Positions 1-13,238 of a stretch of DNA of 64,000 nt are shown here, piece after piece. The notes beneath the pieces are model-generated. The model was not told the DNA's origin. It ran no database searches and saw nothing but the letters and a program-made list of their open reading frames with translations. This stretch comes from Octopus vulgaris (lineage: Eukaryota), in NCBI GenBank assembly GCA_951406725.2, contig OX597830.1, forward strand, positions 50,902,001 to 50,966,000. The letters are read 5' to 3'. The translations under genes and the position numbers were made by a program. How positions within the stretch are numbered: the first letter of the stretch is position 1; the number at the start of each line of letters is the position of its first letter.

Positions 1-116
1 AAAGAGTACGATAGAATAAGTACTAGGCTTACAAAGAATAAGTCCTGGGGTCGATTTGCTCGACTAAAGGCGGTGCTCCACCATGGCCGCAGTCAAATGA
101 CTGAAACACGTAAAAG
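1..116 (+). mobile_element. SINE 3' portion (family 1 tail), truncated by window start
   Basis: gatagaataagtact..ggggtcgatttgctcgactaaaggcggtgctcc..gcagtcaaatgactgaaac recurs at ~5950, ~31930, ~37720 and inverted at ~58260. Confidence 0.85.
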
Positions 117-608
117 GGATCTGTTAGAAATGACTGCCGCAAATATCCCTCACTTCAGACACTTAAAATAAACAACACGTTCGATAAATGTTGCCCTTGA
201 TAGACAGGGCTATTTATGGTTCGAGTGCATTTGATTAGAGGCTTGCTCTTCCCCAGTCCCTAGATCTGGGTTGACTCGGGGCAAATAAACAAGAACAAGA
301 TCAACAGCACTAGCAACAACAACACCTACAACTACAATCATCATCATGTTCTCAGGATGACGTCATCACTTCGTTACGGTAATATGCGATTTTTTTGTAA
401 CTTTTTGTGAAGGAAACATTTAAATAAAAGATATATGATTACATCACAATAATTAAAGTGTAGAGTGGGATTATAAAATAATTAATGGGATTTTGTTGTT
501 GTCGTTTATTGTCGACGTCATAAGAATCCAGAACCTTCGAGAACAGTGAATAATTCGTTTTAGAAAATGTGAATCTCGAAATTCACTATTTCTAATAAAT
601 TTACATCA

Positions 609-1047
609 TCTCTCTCTATATAAACGGCAGTTTGTCTGTGTGTGTTTCTGTGTGTCTGTTTGGTTGTACCCTCACCCTGACCACGGCTTTCAACCGATTC
701 TGATGAAACTTGACACACACATAGCCCAATGTCATAATTCAAAACTGACGCAGAGTATATTTTGAAAAGTTCCCCCAGTTCTGAAAAAATCGATAAATTC
801 GACATGGGGTCGAGAATCTAAGCTTTTTATATGCAACACATTTTCTGTCTAGGGGACACAACTCGACCTTTTTATCGCCCAAAGGGACAGCTAGGAACAT
901 CGTATACACAGAAGTATTCGAGTGAAGAGAAGACATTGCAACCTACATATGCGCCTTCGTTCCCTAGAGGGAAAGGACCAGATTGGGATTAGCCGTTGCC
1001 TTCTAGGGGCTCTTACATACCCGGGCAACGCCGGGCTATGCTGCTAG
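609..1047 (+). mobile_element. Non-autonomous Helitron
   Basis: Starts A|TC(tctctctatatataaa). It has a subterminal hairpin cccgg-gcaacg-ccggg (1020-1035) and ends CTAG|T, with no TSD. Termini are shared with 26634-27022. Confidence 0.85.
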
Positions 1048-2449
1048 TCACTGGTAAGAATCAGTTTTCGAAAATAAAGAAACTCGAAAGGTTGGTTTGA
1101 ACCAGTGGTAGAACGTCTGTGATCTCTACAGGATGAGTAGGGTCGAGTCCCACGAGCAATCATTAAATTTTTCAATCCAAAGTTTATTTTTAACCTAATA
1201 TTTACACACTACTTTTTTATAGCCTTATTTGCTTCGCGATTTACCGTTTTTAAAAGGAGACTTTCTTGTGCTTTTATTTATTGTAAATAATTTTAATATT
1301 GTTAGTAATTTTGGTCAGTAACTTCAAAATATTGAATTCTATATCACAACTATTCAGGTACTCTAGCTGTTCTTCTAAACTACATCATTTCGAACTTATT
1401 ATTGTTGATGCTTTTAAGATTCAGGGATCAATCTTGATCTAATTGATTTATGATCGAAAGTGTTCTATTTATAACCACCCTCTTTATTTTGTCAGTTGAA
1501 GGAAGTATTTATCATGTGTCTCGTTTCTTTGGAGAGTAAAGGTGGATTTTAAAGGATATCTTGTTGCTATTTCTAGCAGACACTACGAGTCTAGACATGC
1601 GCCTGTTGAATTAATAATTCACATTTTAAATCGTTATTGGTCCAAGCAATAAAATAATGAAGCAACAGAAGTATTTTTAGCTTTCAAATCCTATCAACAT
1701 TATGGTGTCTTGTTCTGCATCCCCAGACACAACAACAGCAACAACAAAATAACACCAGTCAATTTGTTGTTGTTGTCGCTGATCTTATTCTTGTTGATGT
1801 TGTTATTGGTCAGGCGAAGTTCGGCTCTGATATAACAGACTTATGATCAATCATTTTTCTTTGATATTCCAATAGTTGTGTCATTGTGTTTCCTATTATA
1901 TCATTAGGCTGCCTATTTTTATGTCTGTAGGGTGTGGTTTATAGCCAGATCTAACTTCTTTTTCTAGCGTATCGGGTGACAACGCATTGGTTTCGTCGTT
2001 ATAACAACGTGTAAATATCTCAGCATATGAATATTAAAACACTTTTAAGAAGCACTGGAATTAGACTGCAATTGATACAATATGTGTGCGTGCGTGTGTG
2101 TGTTTGTGCGACTGTATCTCTATATGTGTGTGTGTGTGTGGAGTAATAGAAAGGGAGAGAGAGAAAGAGAAAGAGAGAGAAAGAGAGAGATAGAGGGCGA
2201 GAGGCGGAAGCAGGGCTACATCCAGATGTTTAGAGATATATGTATCGATACGTTTCTTATCGTTTATTTGTTTCAGTGATAAGTCTTTGCCCATGCTGGG
2301 GCATCACCTTAATCGGTCAATCCTCCGGAGAGCGTTTTATTTTAAGGTGGTGGGGATCAGAAACAGATACAAAGAGTCTCGCACCACCTATGTATGTACG
2401 TATTTATCTATGTACATATACATGCATACATACATATATACATACAAAC

Positions 2450-2488
<39 letters not shown>

Positions 2489-2758
2489 CATATATATGTG
2501 TGCGTGTGTGTGTGTGTGTGTAAGAAGTGAGATGACAAAGGAATAATTGATTATCTTATGAACTACATTAGCTTGCAGTGGTCTCATAGTTCAGTGCCTG
2601 AGTAACAACTTAGTTTCATCAAAGCCTCAAACATGAAACGGAATTTATTTGCAAATTATTTATCACTGTACTGTACCTAACTAACGTATCGTTCACCAGA
2701 AGAAATGTGTTGTAATACCAATAGCCTGGATTAGGTTAATAGTATCGTAATACCTAAG

Positions 2759-2797
<39 letters not shown>

Positions 2798-2800
<3 letters not shown>

Positions 2801-3026
2801 CGAAGAGCTCCGCTCGAAACGTTAAACCCTCCTTCTTCCCTTCTTTTCTGAGCGAGGACGTGGAACAAATATAGTATTATTGGACGCTCAGGAAAGGAAA
2901 GAAGGAGGGTTTAACGTTTCGAGCGGAGCTCTTCGTCAGAAACATAGGAGAAGGAAAGATACAGAGAAGGGAAGACAGAGGAAAAAAAAATCGCCAACGG
3001 TACACACGCGGCCACATTTTGAATCT
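2798..3026 (-). mobile_element. Short Penelope-like (pLTR-type) element, family A, with inverted partial duplication, within (TA)n
   Basis: 2798-2854 is the reverse complement of 2885-2939. Homologous copies lie at 32760-32970 and 52008-52252. It carries a hammerhead motif. Confidence 0.7.
2909..2943 (-). ncRNA. Minimal type I hammerhead ribozyme motif
   Basis: Minus strand reads gttt-CTGACGA-a-gagc-tcc-gctc-GAAAC-GTT-aaac: stem I gttt/aaac, stem II gagc/gctc, palindromic AACGTT stem III. Confidence 0.75.
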
Positions 3027-3049
3027 ATAAATATATATATATATTTTGA

Positions 3050-3089
<40 letters not shown>

Positions 3090-3156
3090 ATATATATATA
3101 ACATTATTGGTGAATTGAAGAAATGGAGCTGAACGCAGATTGAACAGAAATCGTTT

Positions 3157-3250
3157 TATTTCATTCTACACGTGTTTCGAAAGGCACAAATTACCAAAAT
3201 CCGATGGAATAATGGGACCATATTGTGTCTTTCTCTTCAGGAAGAAAATA
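3157..3250 (-). ncRNA. Type I hammerhead ribozyme motif (mirror copy of 4200-4293)
   Basis: Reverse complement of the 4200-4293 motif. Confidence 0.75.
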
Positions 3251-4199
3251 GGAAATCCGTTGGAAAAACAAAAACAGAACAGAGGCGGAGCAAAAACAAA
3301 TCGAACTATGCTCCTAAGAGCCCATGGCGAAACTGTTTATCAGTGTATGTTGAGAACCGGTGGCTGAAGAATTCAACGGGTCAGGCATCGGTCAATCATG
3401 TGGGTGAGGGGGCGTAGATGTTCTTTGTGACCGAGAATAAAGTTCTGACTATTTAAGGAATATTGGATGTTTTATAAGGGGCGAGAAAAAATCTACTTAG
3501 AGACGTGTGTGTGTGTATACTGTTCTATATACGTGTGTGTTGGCGTAGGGGTAGAAAACATTTTTTGTGTACGTGTGTGCGTTTGATCGTTCGGCTGTCA
3601 GTGGCTACTGCCGTGATGACCGTTGGGTGGCAGAAAAAAAATATACATCATGTTTTATGTGTGTGTGTGTTCTCATCTAAACCTGCCTTGTCAAGGAAAC
3701 CCCCCGCTGTGAAAAAACCAAGCCCCGTTTGTCTTACAGGAGTAATTCCCCTTGCAGTGGTTAATCGTAGATATCTTAAAGGCTATTTCAGAATTTGTTA
3801 CCAAGGGCTATGGGTGCCGGTATTATTTATAAACGCTATTTAAAAGCCAGATAAGTGTAACGCCGCCAATGGGGGCATCGAAAAGCCGACTGTAAAAGCC
3901 CGTTTACCATCCGGCCTCTGGCAAACAAAATATGGAAGAGTTCGGAGACACAAAGTCTCTTTTTCTCGCCCCTTATAAAACATCCAATATTCCTTAAATA
4001 GTCAGAACTTTATTCTCGGTCACAAAGAACATCTACGCCCCCTCACCCACATGATTGACCGATGCCTGACCCGTTGAATTCTTCAGCCACCGGTTCTCAA
4101 CATACACTGATAAACAGTTTCGCCATGGGCTCTTAGGAGCATAGTTCGATTTGTTTTTGCTCCGCCTCTGTTCTGTTTTTGTTTTTCCAACGGATTTCC

Positions 4200-4293
4200 T
4201 ATTTTCTTCCTGAAGAGAAAGACACAATATGGTCCCATTATTCCATCGGATTTTGGTAATTTGTGCCTTTCGAAACACGTGTAGAATGAAATA
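4200..4293 (+). ncRNA. Type I hammerhead ribozyme motif with extended stem II
   Basis: tattttcttc-CTGAAGA-gaaagacacaa...ttgtgcctttc-GAAAC-acgt-GTA-gaatgaaata. Stem I has 9/10 pairs, stem II 10/11 pairs, and stem III is palindromic ACACGTGT. Confidence 0.8.
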
Positions 4294-4506
4294 AAACGAT
4301 TTCTGTTCAATCTGCGTTCAGCTCCATTTCTTCAATTCACCAATAATGTTCTAATTTCAATTATCCGCACCAACGCACGGTTGCAACACCATATGGTTGT
4401 ACCTCCAGCCGTGCTGTTTTACTGCTGTGATTTTTGCTACTAAGGTATCGGTTAAACTTTTGATTAATCTACTACAAGATTATTCATCTTTCTATTTCAC
4501 ATAAAT

Positions 4507-4582
<76 letters not shown>

Positions 4583-4695
4583 ACGATGGCGGTTATCCGC
4601 AATATGAAACCAAAAGGGAAAAATTCAATCGTCACTAATTGTGACTGACAGTGAGCAGAGCAGTACATATATTGCTAGAAATAAGAATGAAAATC

Positions 4696-4752
<57 letters not shown>

Positions 4753-4758
<6 letters not shown>

Positions 4759-5440
4759 AAATAATTTAAATCCTAAATAGCAAAATTCATAATATAATAA
4801 ACATAAATTAAGCTGAAATGCTATAACTTAATCCATTTTCATTAATCAATTTATATATTTTATAAACATTTAATTTTCATCTTATTCTAATTATGTAATA
4901 TACACTATATAATCTCATGCTAATTTATACACATTTCACTATTACAAATTATAACTCCAACAATTAGTAACATAAAAGAGGGTTTATATACACAAATTAG
5001 CAATATGCTCTGGTTTCCATAACTTCGGAAATTTGAACTATGAACTTTTATGCTTCTTTTTTCTGTCGTCTTTCCACCTCCTCATTCTTTTCTCCTTTTC
5101 TCTATGTCGTCATCCTATTAATATATACCATTCTCAATTTCCCTATTTTGTTTTCCATATTTGTCTCTGATGATGGAATATCCCATACTCGGGGATATCC
5201 CAGAAACAGCTGTAAGATTTTGAATTTCTTCCTATAACAGCATTGTATATAACATGAGATGTTTGCCTAGCCTTAATGTTTGCTGTCCTGTTTAACAATT
5301 ACATATCCTCTGTATCGGAAATCTGCAATGGTTCAATAATTATCGTCTCGGCTATAACCTTGGAGCCCCAGTAATCTGTTAAAGCACTTACCAAGCGTAT
5401 TTAATCGTTTAGCTCACCTGTGAACTAAACCCCCATAATT
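4753..5440 (+). mobile_element. Putative Penelope-like element fragment, family C, between (TA)n tracts
   Basis: Bounded by TA arrays, with a pyrimidine-rich tract followed by a hammerhead motif. Boundaries are approximate. Confidence 0.55.
5163..5218 (+). ncRNA. Type I hammerhead ribozyme motif
   Basis: gtct-CTGATGA-tggaatatccc-atactcg-gggatatccca-GAAAC-agct-GTA-agat, with palindromic ACAGCTGT stem III. Confidence 0.8.
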
Positions 5441-5448
5441 TGTGTCTG

Positions 5449-5479
<31 letters not shown>

Positions 5480-5522
5480 CAAGTCAAAAATAGAAAATGG
5501 TAAAATAATTTTATAGTGAACA

Positions 5523-5566
5523 TTTCAGTACCGGTTTCGGTCATTTTGAGACCTTTTCAACTGTAA
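5523..5566 (-). ncRNA. Hammerhead ribozyme motif, U3-A8 core variant (family D)
   Basis: Minus strand reads ttacag-TTGAAAA-ggtc-tcaaaat-gacc-GAAAC-cg-GTA-ctgaaa. The host fragment ~5474-5780 sits between TA tracts. Confidence 0.65.
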
Positions 5567-5794
5567 CGATTAAATAATTAAATTTAGAAAAATTAGAAGA
5601 AAAGTTTTTTTAAAGGAATATTTCTATAGTAGTGTTCAGATATAAGTGGCATTCTGCCTTTCTCTGACTCCCTTGTTTGCACTTGTGTGTTGGAGGTCGT
5701 TGTGAGTTCTTGGTAAGGTAGTAGAAGAAGAAGGCTGATGAGGAAAGGGGGTGGGAAAATCTGGGAGTGCCCTGATGGTCGTATTTATATATGT

Positions 5795-5839
<45 letters not shown>

Positions 5840-5858
<19 letters not shown>

Positions 5859-6090
5859 ATTTGTGTGTCTGTGTTTGTCTCCCTAGCATTGCTTGACAAC
5901 CGATGCTGATGTGTTTACGTTCCCGTCACTTAGCGGTTCGGCAAAAAGAGACCGATAGAATAAGTACTGGGCTTACAAAGAATAAGTCCCGGGGTCGATT
6001 TGCTCGGCTAAAGGCGGTGCTACAGCATGGCCGCAGTCAAATGACTGAAACAAGGAAAAGAGTAAAAGAGTAAAAGAGAGTAAAAGAGTA
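5840..6090 (+). mobile_element. SINE family 1 3' half after (TA)n(TG)n, with (GAGTAAAA)n tail
   Basis: Near-identical to the reverse complement of 58243-58460. Confidence 0.9.
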
Positions 6091-6912
6091 GGTATATTGT
6101 TAAAATTTAAAGAAAACAGAAGACATAAGGGGAGGCGGCAACAAGCTTTTGTATTAGTTTGAAGCTTAGGAGGAATGGGAAAATCTTTGACGTTTCCAGC
6201 CTAGCCTCTTTGACAGAAAGTGTTGAGAAGAAAAAAAGTGGAGTGAAAACGAAAGACCAAAAGAAAACGGAGAGAAAAAAATGTGTGTCAGCGCGCGTGT
6301 GTGTTTGTGTATACATAGCATACTGTTCCGTTAAGGTACGACGAACAAAACTTGTACAGCATCGAATGAGACATAGAAATAATTTAACGTACACATTATA
6401 GAGATATAAGCTCCTAATAATTTCTTGCCTGGACACCTGGGTCGCAGGTGGGAAAAAACCCTGTCCGTTAAACTATTCTACAACCAGCTTAATTACGCCT
6501 TTACGATTAGAGGGAACGTTACACTGATTTTCTTTCGATTTCCTTTCATTTTCCGTTTTTTTTTTATTTTCCCTTCCACGTTTTGCACCAACCTTCTCCT
6601 TTTTTCTCATGATTTCCCTTGTACCAGCGTCCTGATTTGCAAATTGAATAAATCATCCAATTGACTGTTAGTCGCCCGTACCTTTATACTGAGTACATTA
6701 AATGAAATACACACACACGTACGTACATTTTTGTGTGTGTGTGTGTGTCTGTCTGTCTGTGTCTATGTACGTATATAAGTTTATCTTTCTCTGTATATGT
6801 ATATATGTATGTATCTGTGCGTGTGTGTATGTACGTACGTATGTATGTATGTGTAATTGTATGTATGTTACTACTGCACTAGTTGAATTTTCAGTATGGG
6901 TTGGCGTTCATA

Positions 6913-6988
6913 TCCATCTATCTATCTATTTATCTATCTATCTATCTACATCCTACCTACCTACCTACCTACTTACCTACCTACCTAC

Positions 6989-7066
<78 letters not shown>

Positions 7067-7078
7067 GTCTATCTATCT
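6913..7078. repeat. Compound (TATC)n/(TACC)n microsatellite
   Basis: Direct reading. Confidence 0.95.
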
Positions 7079-7382
7079 GCACGCCTGCCTGCGTGTTAGT
7101 GCGTGGGTGTGCGTGAATGTATGTAACTACTTTTCCTTTACATGAACTTTAACCCAACGAATATGCTTTAACTCCAAATTCTTCTTCAGCGACTTAATGT
7201 CTGTTGAATACTACCTCCGCACGAAAGCTCCAGTAACGAAAAATAATTTAAGTTAGACAATAATTATATATATATATATTCTACTAGATATATCAACTGC
7301 TATTTATTTTGTACATATTTCTACTTGTACACCTACTATCAATAAATATACGTGAACTACACATGGAGAGAGTTACGGAGGA

Positions 7383-7468
<86 letters not shown>

Positions 7469-7919
7469 GCATAAACATATTCCTCTGTATCTATGTGCGT
7501 GTGTGTGTGTGTGTTTAAGTCATAATAAAATAATATACTCGGGAACTATAATAAAATGCGTTATTTACGCACAATCTGACATTGTTAACAGCCTAATTTC
7601 GCGTCGGTTCTAAAACAAACTGATGTTGCTAAATGGTTGGAACCAAACAAACGGCCAGTCACATGTCAATTACTGAAAATGGTATTGTTGGCAGTGATTT
7701 AGTTTCTAGAACTTTCCGTGATGGAATAATGGTAAAATGCTAGCTATCTCAGAAATATATTGATTCTATTTGATATATTTATTCGATAGTGGTCTTCATT
7801 GACGGCAGCTCAGAACTGATCGCGCGAAGGCATTGTAGCCATAACTAACTCATCTTATCTCTAAATAGATCTTGTACTATACATAAAATAATTCGGTAAA
7901 ATGGTGGAGTGGTGATTAA

Positions 7920-8040
7920 TGTAGCGAATTGGTAGGATTGCTAGAACGCTGAATACAAAGCTCTCCCAAAGCTCCGAGTTCAAATCAGGTTGAGGTCACA
8001 TATGCCTTTCATCATTTCGATATCGATAAATACAATACTA
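7920..8040 (+). mobile_element. Degenerate SINE family 2 copy
   Basis: gagttcaaatc..gaggtc..gcctttcatcatttcga..tcgataaa resembles 45975-46211. Confidence 0.6.
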
Positions 8041-8224
8041 ATGTTTATTCTTATTCCTTCTCACTCTCCATCTGCCTGTCTGCATACATATATATATATA
8101 CGCGCACACACACACACATATATATATATATCGATGCGTTATCAATAACTAGCTATCCCGTCAAATTTCCGTTTTCTTTCTCTCAGCCACCCACTCTCTG
8201 TCTTTATATGCATATAATGTACCC

Positions 8225-8275
<51 letters not shown>

Positions 8276-8549
8276 GTGTGCATGTGCTTTCCTTCAGTCT
8301 TTTTATTAATCTTTCTATCAATCAATCTATCTACCCTTCATGTTCGCAGTCTCTTTCTCTCTATATTTAACTAGCTTTCTCTGTAGCCCTGTATCTATAA
8401 GCACATATAAATACATAATTGCACAAATATATATTGGTACACTCTTGTACACACACGATGCTTGGCATAATTCTATTATGTACATATATATATGTATATA
8501 TATATATTCATATATGCAAATAACACTGTGTACGTATGTGTGTATGTGC

Positions 8550-8610
<61 letters not shown>

Positions 8611-9207
8611 CAATCGTGCACTCATCTATTCGTAACATGCATTGAAAAGCCTAAATATCTCCCAGAGAATGCCATATTCTTTCACCAAAAGCAGCAGTAA
8701 CCTAAGACAGATCCAGATTCTCATGAAAACCAGTTCGATCGGCTTTTCTTTACAAAAGAGCATTAGATCGGAATATAAAAGCTTTCAGAATAGCAGAGAA
8801 CGATTTACTGTATATTTATCACTAAGTTGATTATAGAGATCCTAATAGCAACGAGGCATTGGTAAACTTTAAACTATTTCTAAAAAAGCAACCAGCATAA
8901 AACCATTTTCTTTCCTGTAAGAAGAACTAGGTTTATACACATACACAATAAACAACATAGTACAAGAGAATCGGTCCGTAAAAATAAAAAGAGGATTCTT
9001 CGATATATTTGGCAATGGTATTTATTGATAAACCGAGCATTTCCGGATTTCTTTTTGAAATTTATTTTTTTAAATCTCTATATATCGCTTCAAACTAAAC
9101 TAGAAAGGAATAATGCCTGCAAATGCAAAGAGCATTATGCGTGAGTGTATGTATGTGCATGTTTATGGGCACGTATTCAAGTATATATGGACATAGCTGT
9201 CTGTGTG

Positions 9208-9550
<343 letters not shown>

Positions 9551-9929
9551 ATATGCGTTTATGTAACATATGTATCTGCAAATGTATGCCTGTATCGATA
9601 TACTCACTCAAGTACACACACATGCACATACACTCTCTCAAATAAAAACACATATATAATCTGAACAGTGTTACTACCACCATTCCGGCATTACAAGAAC
9701 AACAACAAAAACAGTAAGCAGCACAACAACAACCACAACAACACTACAACGATCACAGATCTGGGTTTAATGATAGAAAACAGAAAATATAAACGAAAAT
9801 ACACAGAAACTGAAATCCAGTAATAAATGTCTCCTAGTGCAAGCTAGCACCACCTACCGGAATTTAATGGAGATATAATTATAATATTAGTGGATGGCGG
9901 TAAGTAATCCTTTGAGCTAATCTAATTGG

Positions 9930-11220
9930 TGGAAATGCTTATAAGACGGTGTGTATATGAGTATGTTTTAGAAGTACAGGTATATACAGTAATAGTCGGA
10001 ATGGTGTGTTTGTTCAGTCTGTACAACAGCAATGGTGGGGATTTGGTATCGGTGTATGGTGGCGGGGCGTAGTGGTGTGGGTTATAGAGTTGTTTAGTTT
10101 GATGTATGCTGGAGTAAAATTGTGTGGTTGAACATAGTGTATAGCGGAGTGGTTTGGTTCCATGGTGAAGTGTAGTGGAGTGGTGTATTGTGGAGTAGTG
10201 TAATGTATGTAGCAAGATGTGGTATACGGCGGTATATGATGAGGTAGAGCATGGTGTGTGCTGATGTGTGATGAGATGGAGTGTGGTGTATGGCGGTGTG
10301 CGACAAGGTCCCTGGAGTGTATGGAGGTGTGTGGTAAGGTGTAGTATGGTGTATGACGCTGTGTATCGAGGTGTTGTGTAGAGTACGATGCGGTGTCGTG
10401 AGTGTATGGCAGAGTGTGACGAGATGTAGTATGGTATATAGTGGTATGTGACGAGATATGTTGTGTATTACGGTGCTTGACAAGCTTTTGCAGTATGTAT
10501 GGCGGTGTATGACAAGGTGTCGTGAGTGTATGTGTGAGGAGATGTAGTGTGGTATATAGTAGAATATGATGAGATGTAGTGTTGTGTATGGCAATGTTTG
10601 ACAAGCTTTGTACGATGTATGGTGGTGTATGACGAAACATTGTGGGTGTATGACGGTGTGCGTCGTGTTGCAGCGTGGAGTGAAGTGATGTGCGGTATAT
10701 GGTACTGTAATGCGGTGTAGTATACTGCAGACTGCAGTGTATGACTGCATAGTTTAATTTTATGATAGCATTGAGTATGGTGTGGTGTATCGTGTTGTAG
10801 TACATTTCGTTGTATAGATGTGTATGACGAGGTCTAATATGGTGTACAGCTGTGTGGAACGAGGTGTGGTGTATGTAATATAGTTTGGTATATTGTAGTC
10901 CGGTATGGCATGGTGAATGTATGACACTGTGGTTAGGGTATATAATAAGGTGTAGGACCTTCTATTTTGGATAGTGTAGTGCATAACAATGTGTGACGGG
11001 ATGTAATACAGTGTATGACAGAGTGTAATAGTCAGCGGCCTGTTGATGTGATGTGGTACACTGTATTACTGTGTATTGGTGCGTGGCAAATTATGTTGTA
11101 GTATGGTGTATGGCGGTATGGGGGACGAGGTATGGAGCGGCGTACTGCGACGTAGTATGGTGTGCATTGTACGATGTAGTACGGTATGGTGTAGAGTGAG
11201 TGTCATGGTTAGGTTGGTGG
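9930..11220. repeat. Degenerate G/T-skewed low-complexity repeat
   Basis: Recurring gtgtatgacg/gtagtatggt words; ttgacaagctt recurs at 10477 and 10598. Confidence 0.75.
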
Positions 11221-11549
11221 AGTGATTTGAAAGCAGGAACAGTTTTCGTGTTTCTGCATCAGCAAAATATATCAATGCTGCAGGTCTCTCACGCAATCAT
11301 ACCAAAACACTAATTGTATATGCACGGAGAAACAGAGATGTGTGGCTGTGGGTGTATATGTGCGTGTGTGACTGTTTATTTGCATGTGTATTTGTGTGTG
11401 CAGAAACTTTTATTTATAGATTAATGTATATATTAAGCATGCATGAATGTAGATATGTATATGTTGATGCATATACATGTATACACACACAAACAAAGAC
11501 AAACATATATTTGTATGTATATGAATGTATATATATATTCATATGAATG

Positions 11550-11590
<41 letters not shown>

Positions 11591-11736
11591 CACATATTTA
11601 TAATATATAAATTGATAGATATGCATATATATATACAAACAAAAACATATATATGTACATATATATATGTATATATACATGTATGTATGTATGTATGTGT
11701 GTATATCTATTTGTGAATACGTGTATATGCCTACAC

Positions 11737-11813
<77 letters not shown>

Positions 11814-11885
11814 TACAGAGATGCAAATACATATGTTTATGTATGTATGTATGTATATGTACGTATGCATGTATATATATATATA

Positions 11886-11923
<38 letters not shown>

Positions 11924-12260
11924 CATATACGCATATACACACATATGTATCACTAATACAGCTACACAAAAACATAAAGAAAGCAGCCGTCAATCGTGCA
12001 TGTCTTCTGCAAAGTCTAAGAGTTTGATGAAGAGATTTAGAATCCCCGAGAAGAAGGGAATGAGAAAATTCTAAGAAATCTGAAGAAATTCTTTCTTCAT
12101 TCGACTTGATGTTATCCTCTGCTAACGTAATCCTACACAAAACAGTATATTCATTGATTCGTATACGTTCGTATACACACACATGCGCTTTAATACAGTG
12201 CGTAACAATGACGTTCTGGTTACGCTGAGACAACCCGACTTACGGTCATGTACGCACGAA

Positions 12261-12391
12261 AGCACACGCATATTAACATAGCCAAACGCAGACGTATACA
12301 TACAAGCATACATACGTACATACAGACATATATACACATACATGTGTATATATATGCATATATATGCATATATATGTATATATATTATATA

Positions 12392-12443
<52 letters not shown>

Positions 12444-12522
12444 CACACATATGTATGATTTTGATTTGATTTTGATTTTTCCAGTTTCAGCTCATGAGCT
12501 GTGGCCATGCTGGGGCACCGCC

Positions 12523-12593
<71 letters not shown>

Positions 12594-12697
12594 CAAGTGT
12601 ATATATGCATATATATACACATGTATATGTATATATGTTTGTATGTACGTATGTATGCTTGTATGTATACGTCTGCGTTTGGCTATATACGTGCTTA
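12261..12697. repeat. Local inverted duplication flanking a SINE-tail fragment
   Basis: tagccaaacgcagacgtatacatacaagc.. (~12279-12365) is the reverse complement of ~12600-12685. A minus-strand SINE tail lies at ~12455-12525. Confidence 0.85.
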
Positions 12698-12980
12698 TTG
12701 AAGTATACAGTTGTATGTGTATATGTGTGTGTATATTTATATACATATACTTTTTGTTTGCTTCTGTCTGTTGATGTGCGAGTGCTGGTCTATGAACTTG
12801 AGCATTGCAGTGAATATAATTGTTAACGTTTAGAGATACGTACACACACGCGCGCATGCACGAACACACGTATGTATAAAACATGAACATACGTATGCAC
12901 ACACACCTATCGTAATGCAGACACCGTTGTAAGTGTACACAGCTTGCGTGTTCATAGACGTGCATACACACATATGCAGG

Positions 12981-13013
<33 letters not shown>

Positions 13014-13077
<64 letters not shown>

Positions 13078-13106
13078 GGATGGATGGATGGATGGATGGA
13101 TGGATG

Positions 13107-13165
<59 letters not shown>

Positions 13166-13178
13166 GGATAGATGGATG

Positions 13179-13238
<60 letters not shown>
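13014..13238. repeat. Compound (TAGA)n/(TGGA)n microsatellite
   Basis: Direct reading. Confidence 0.95.

Larger units (their letters stand above)
3100..4506. mobile_element. Penelope-like element remnant, family B, with ~391-bp inverted repeat arms
   Basis: 3100-3490 is the reverse complement of 3960-4350; the ORF track gives identical peptides on opposite strands. It is flanked by (TA)n and each arm holds a hammerhead motif. Confidence 0.75.

Noticed and set aside
700-712. CTGATGAAAC inside the Helitron
   Set aside because: No stem II, so this is a chance match.
1091-1160. tRNA-like A/B box remnant
   Set aside because: It cannot be folded into a cloverleaf and is at most an old SINE head.
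10014-10805. 263-aa His/Thr-rich ORF
   Set aside because: Product of the strand-skewed degenerate repeat.
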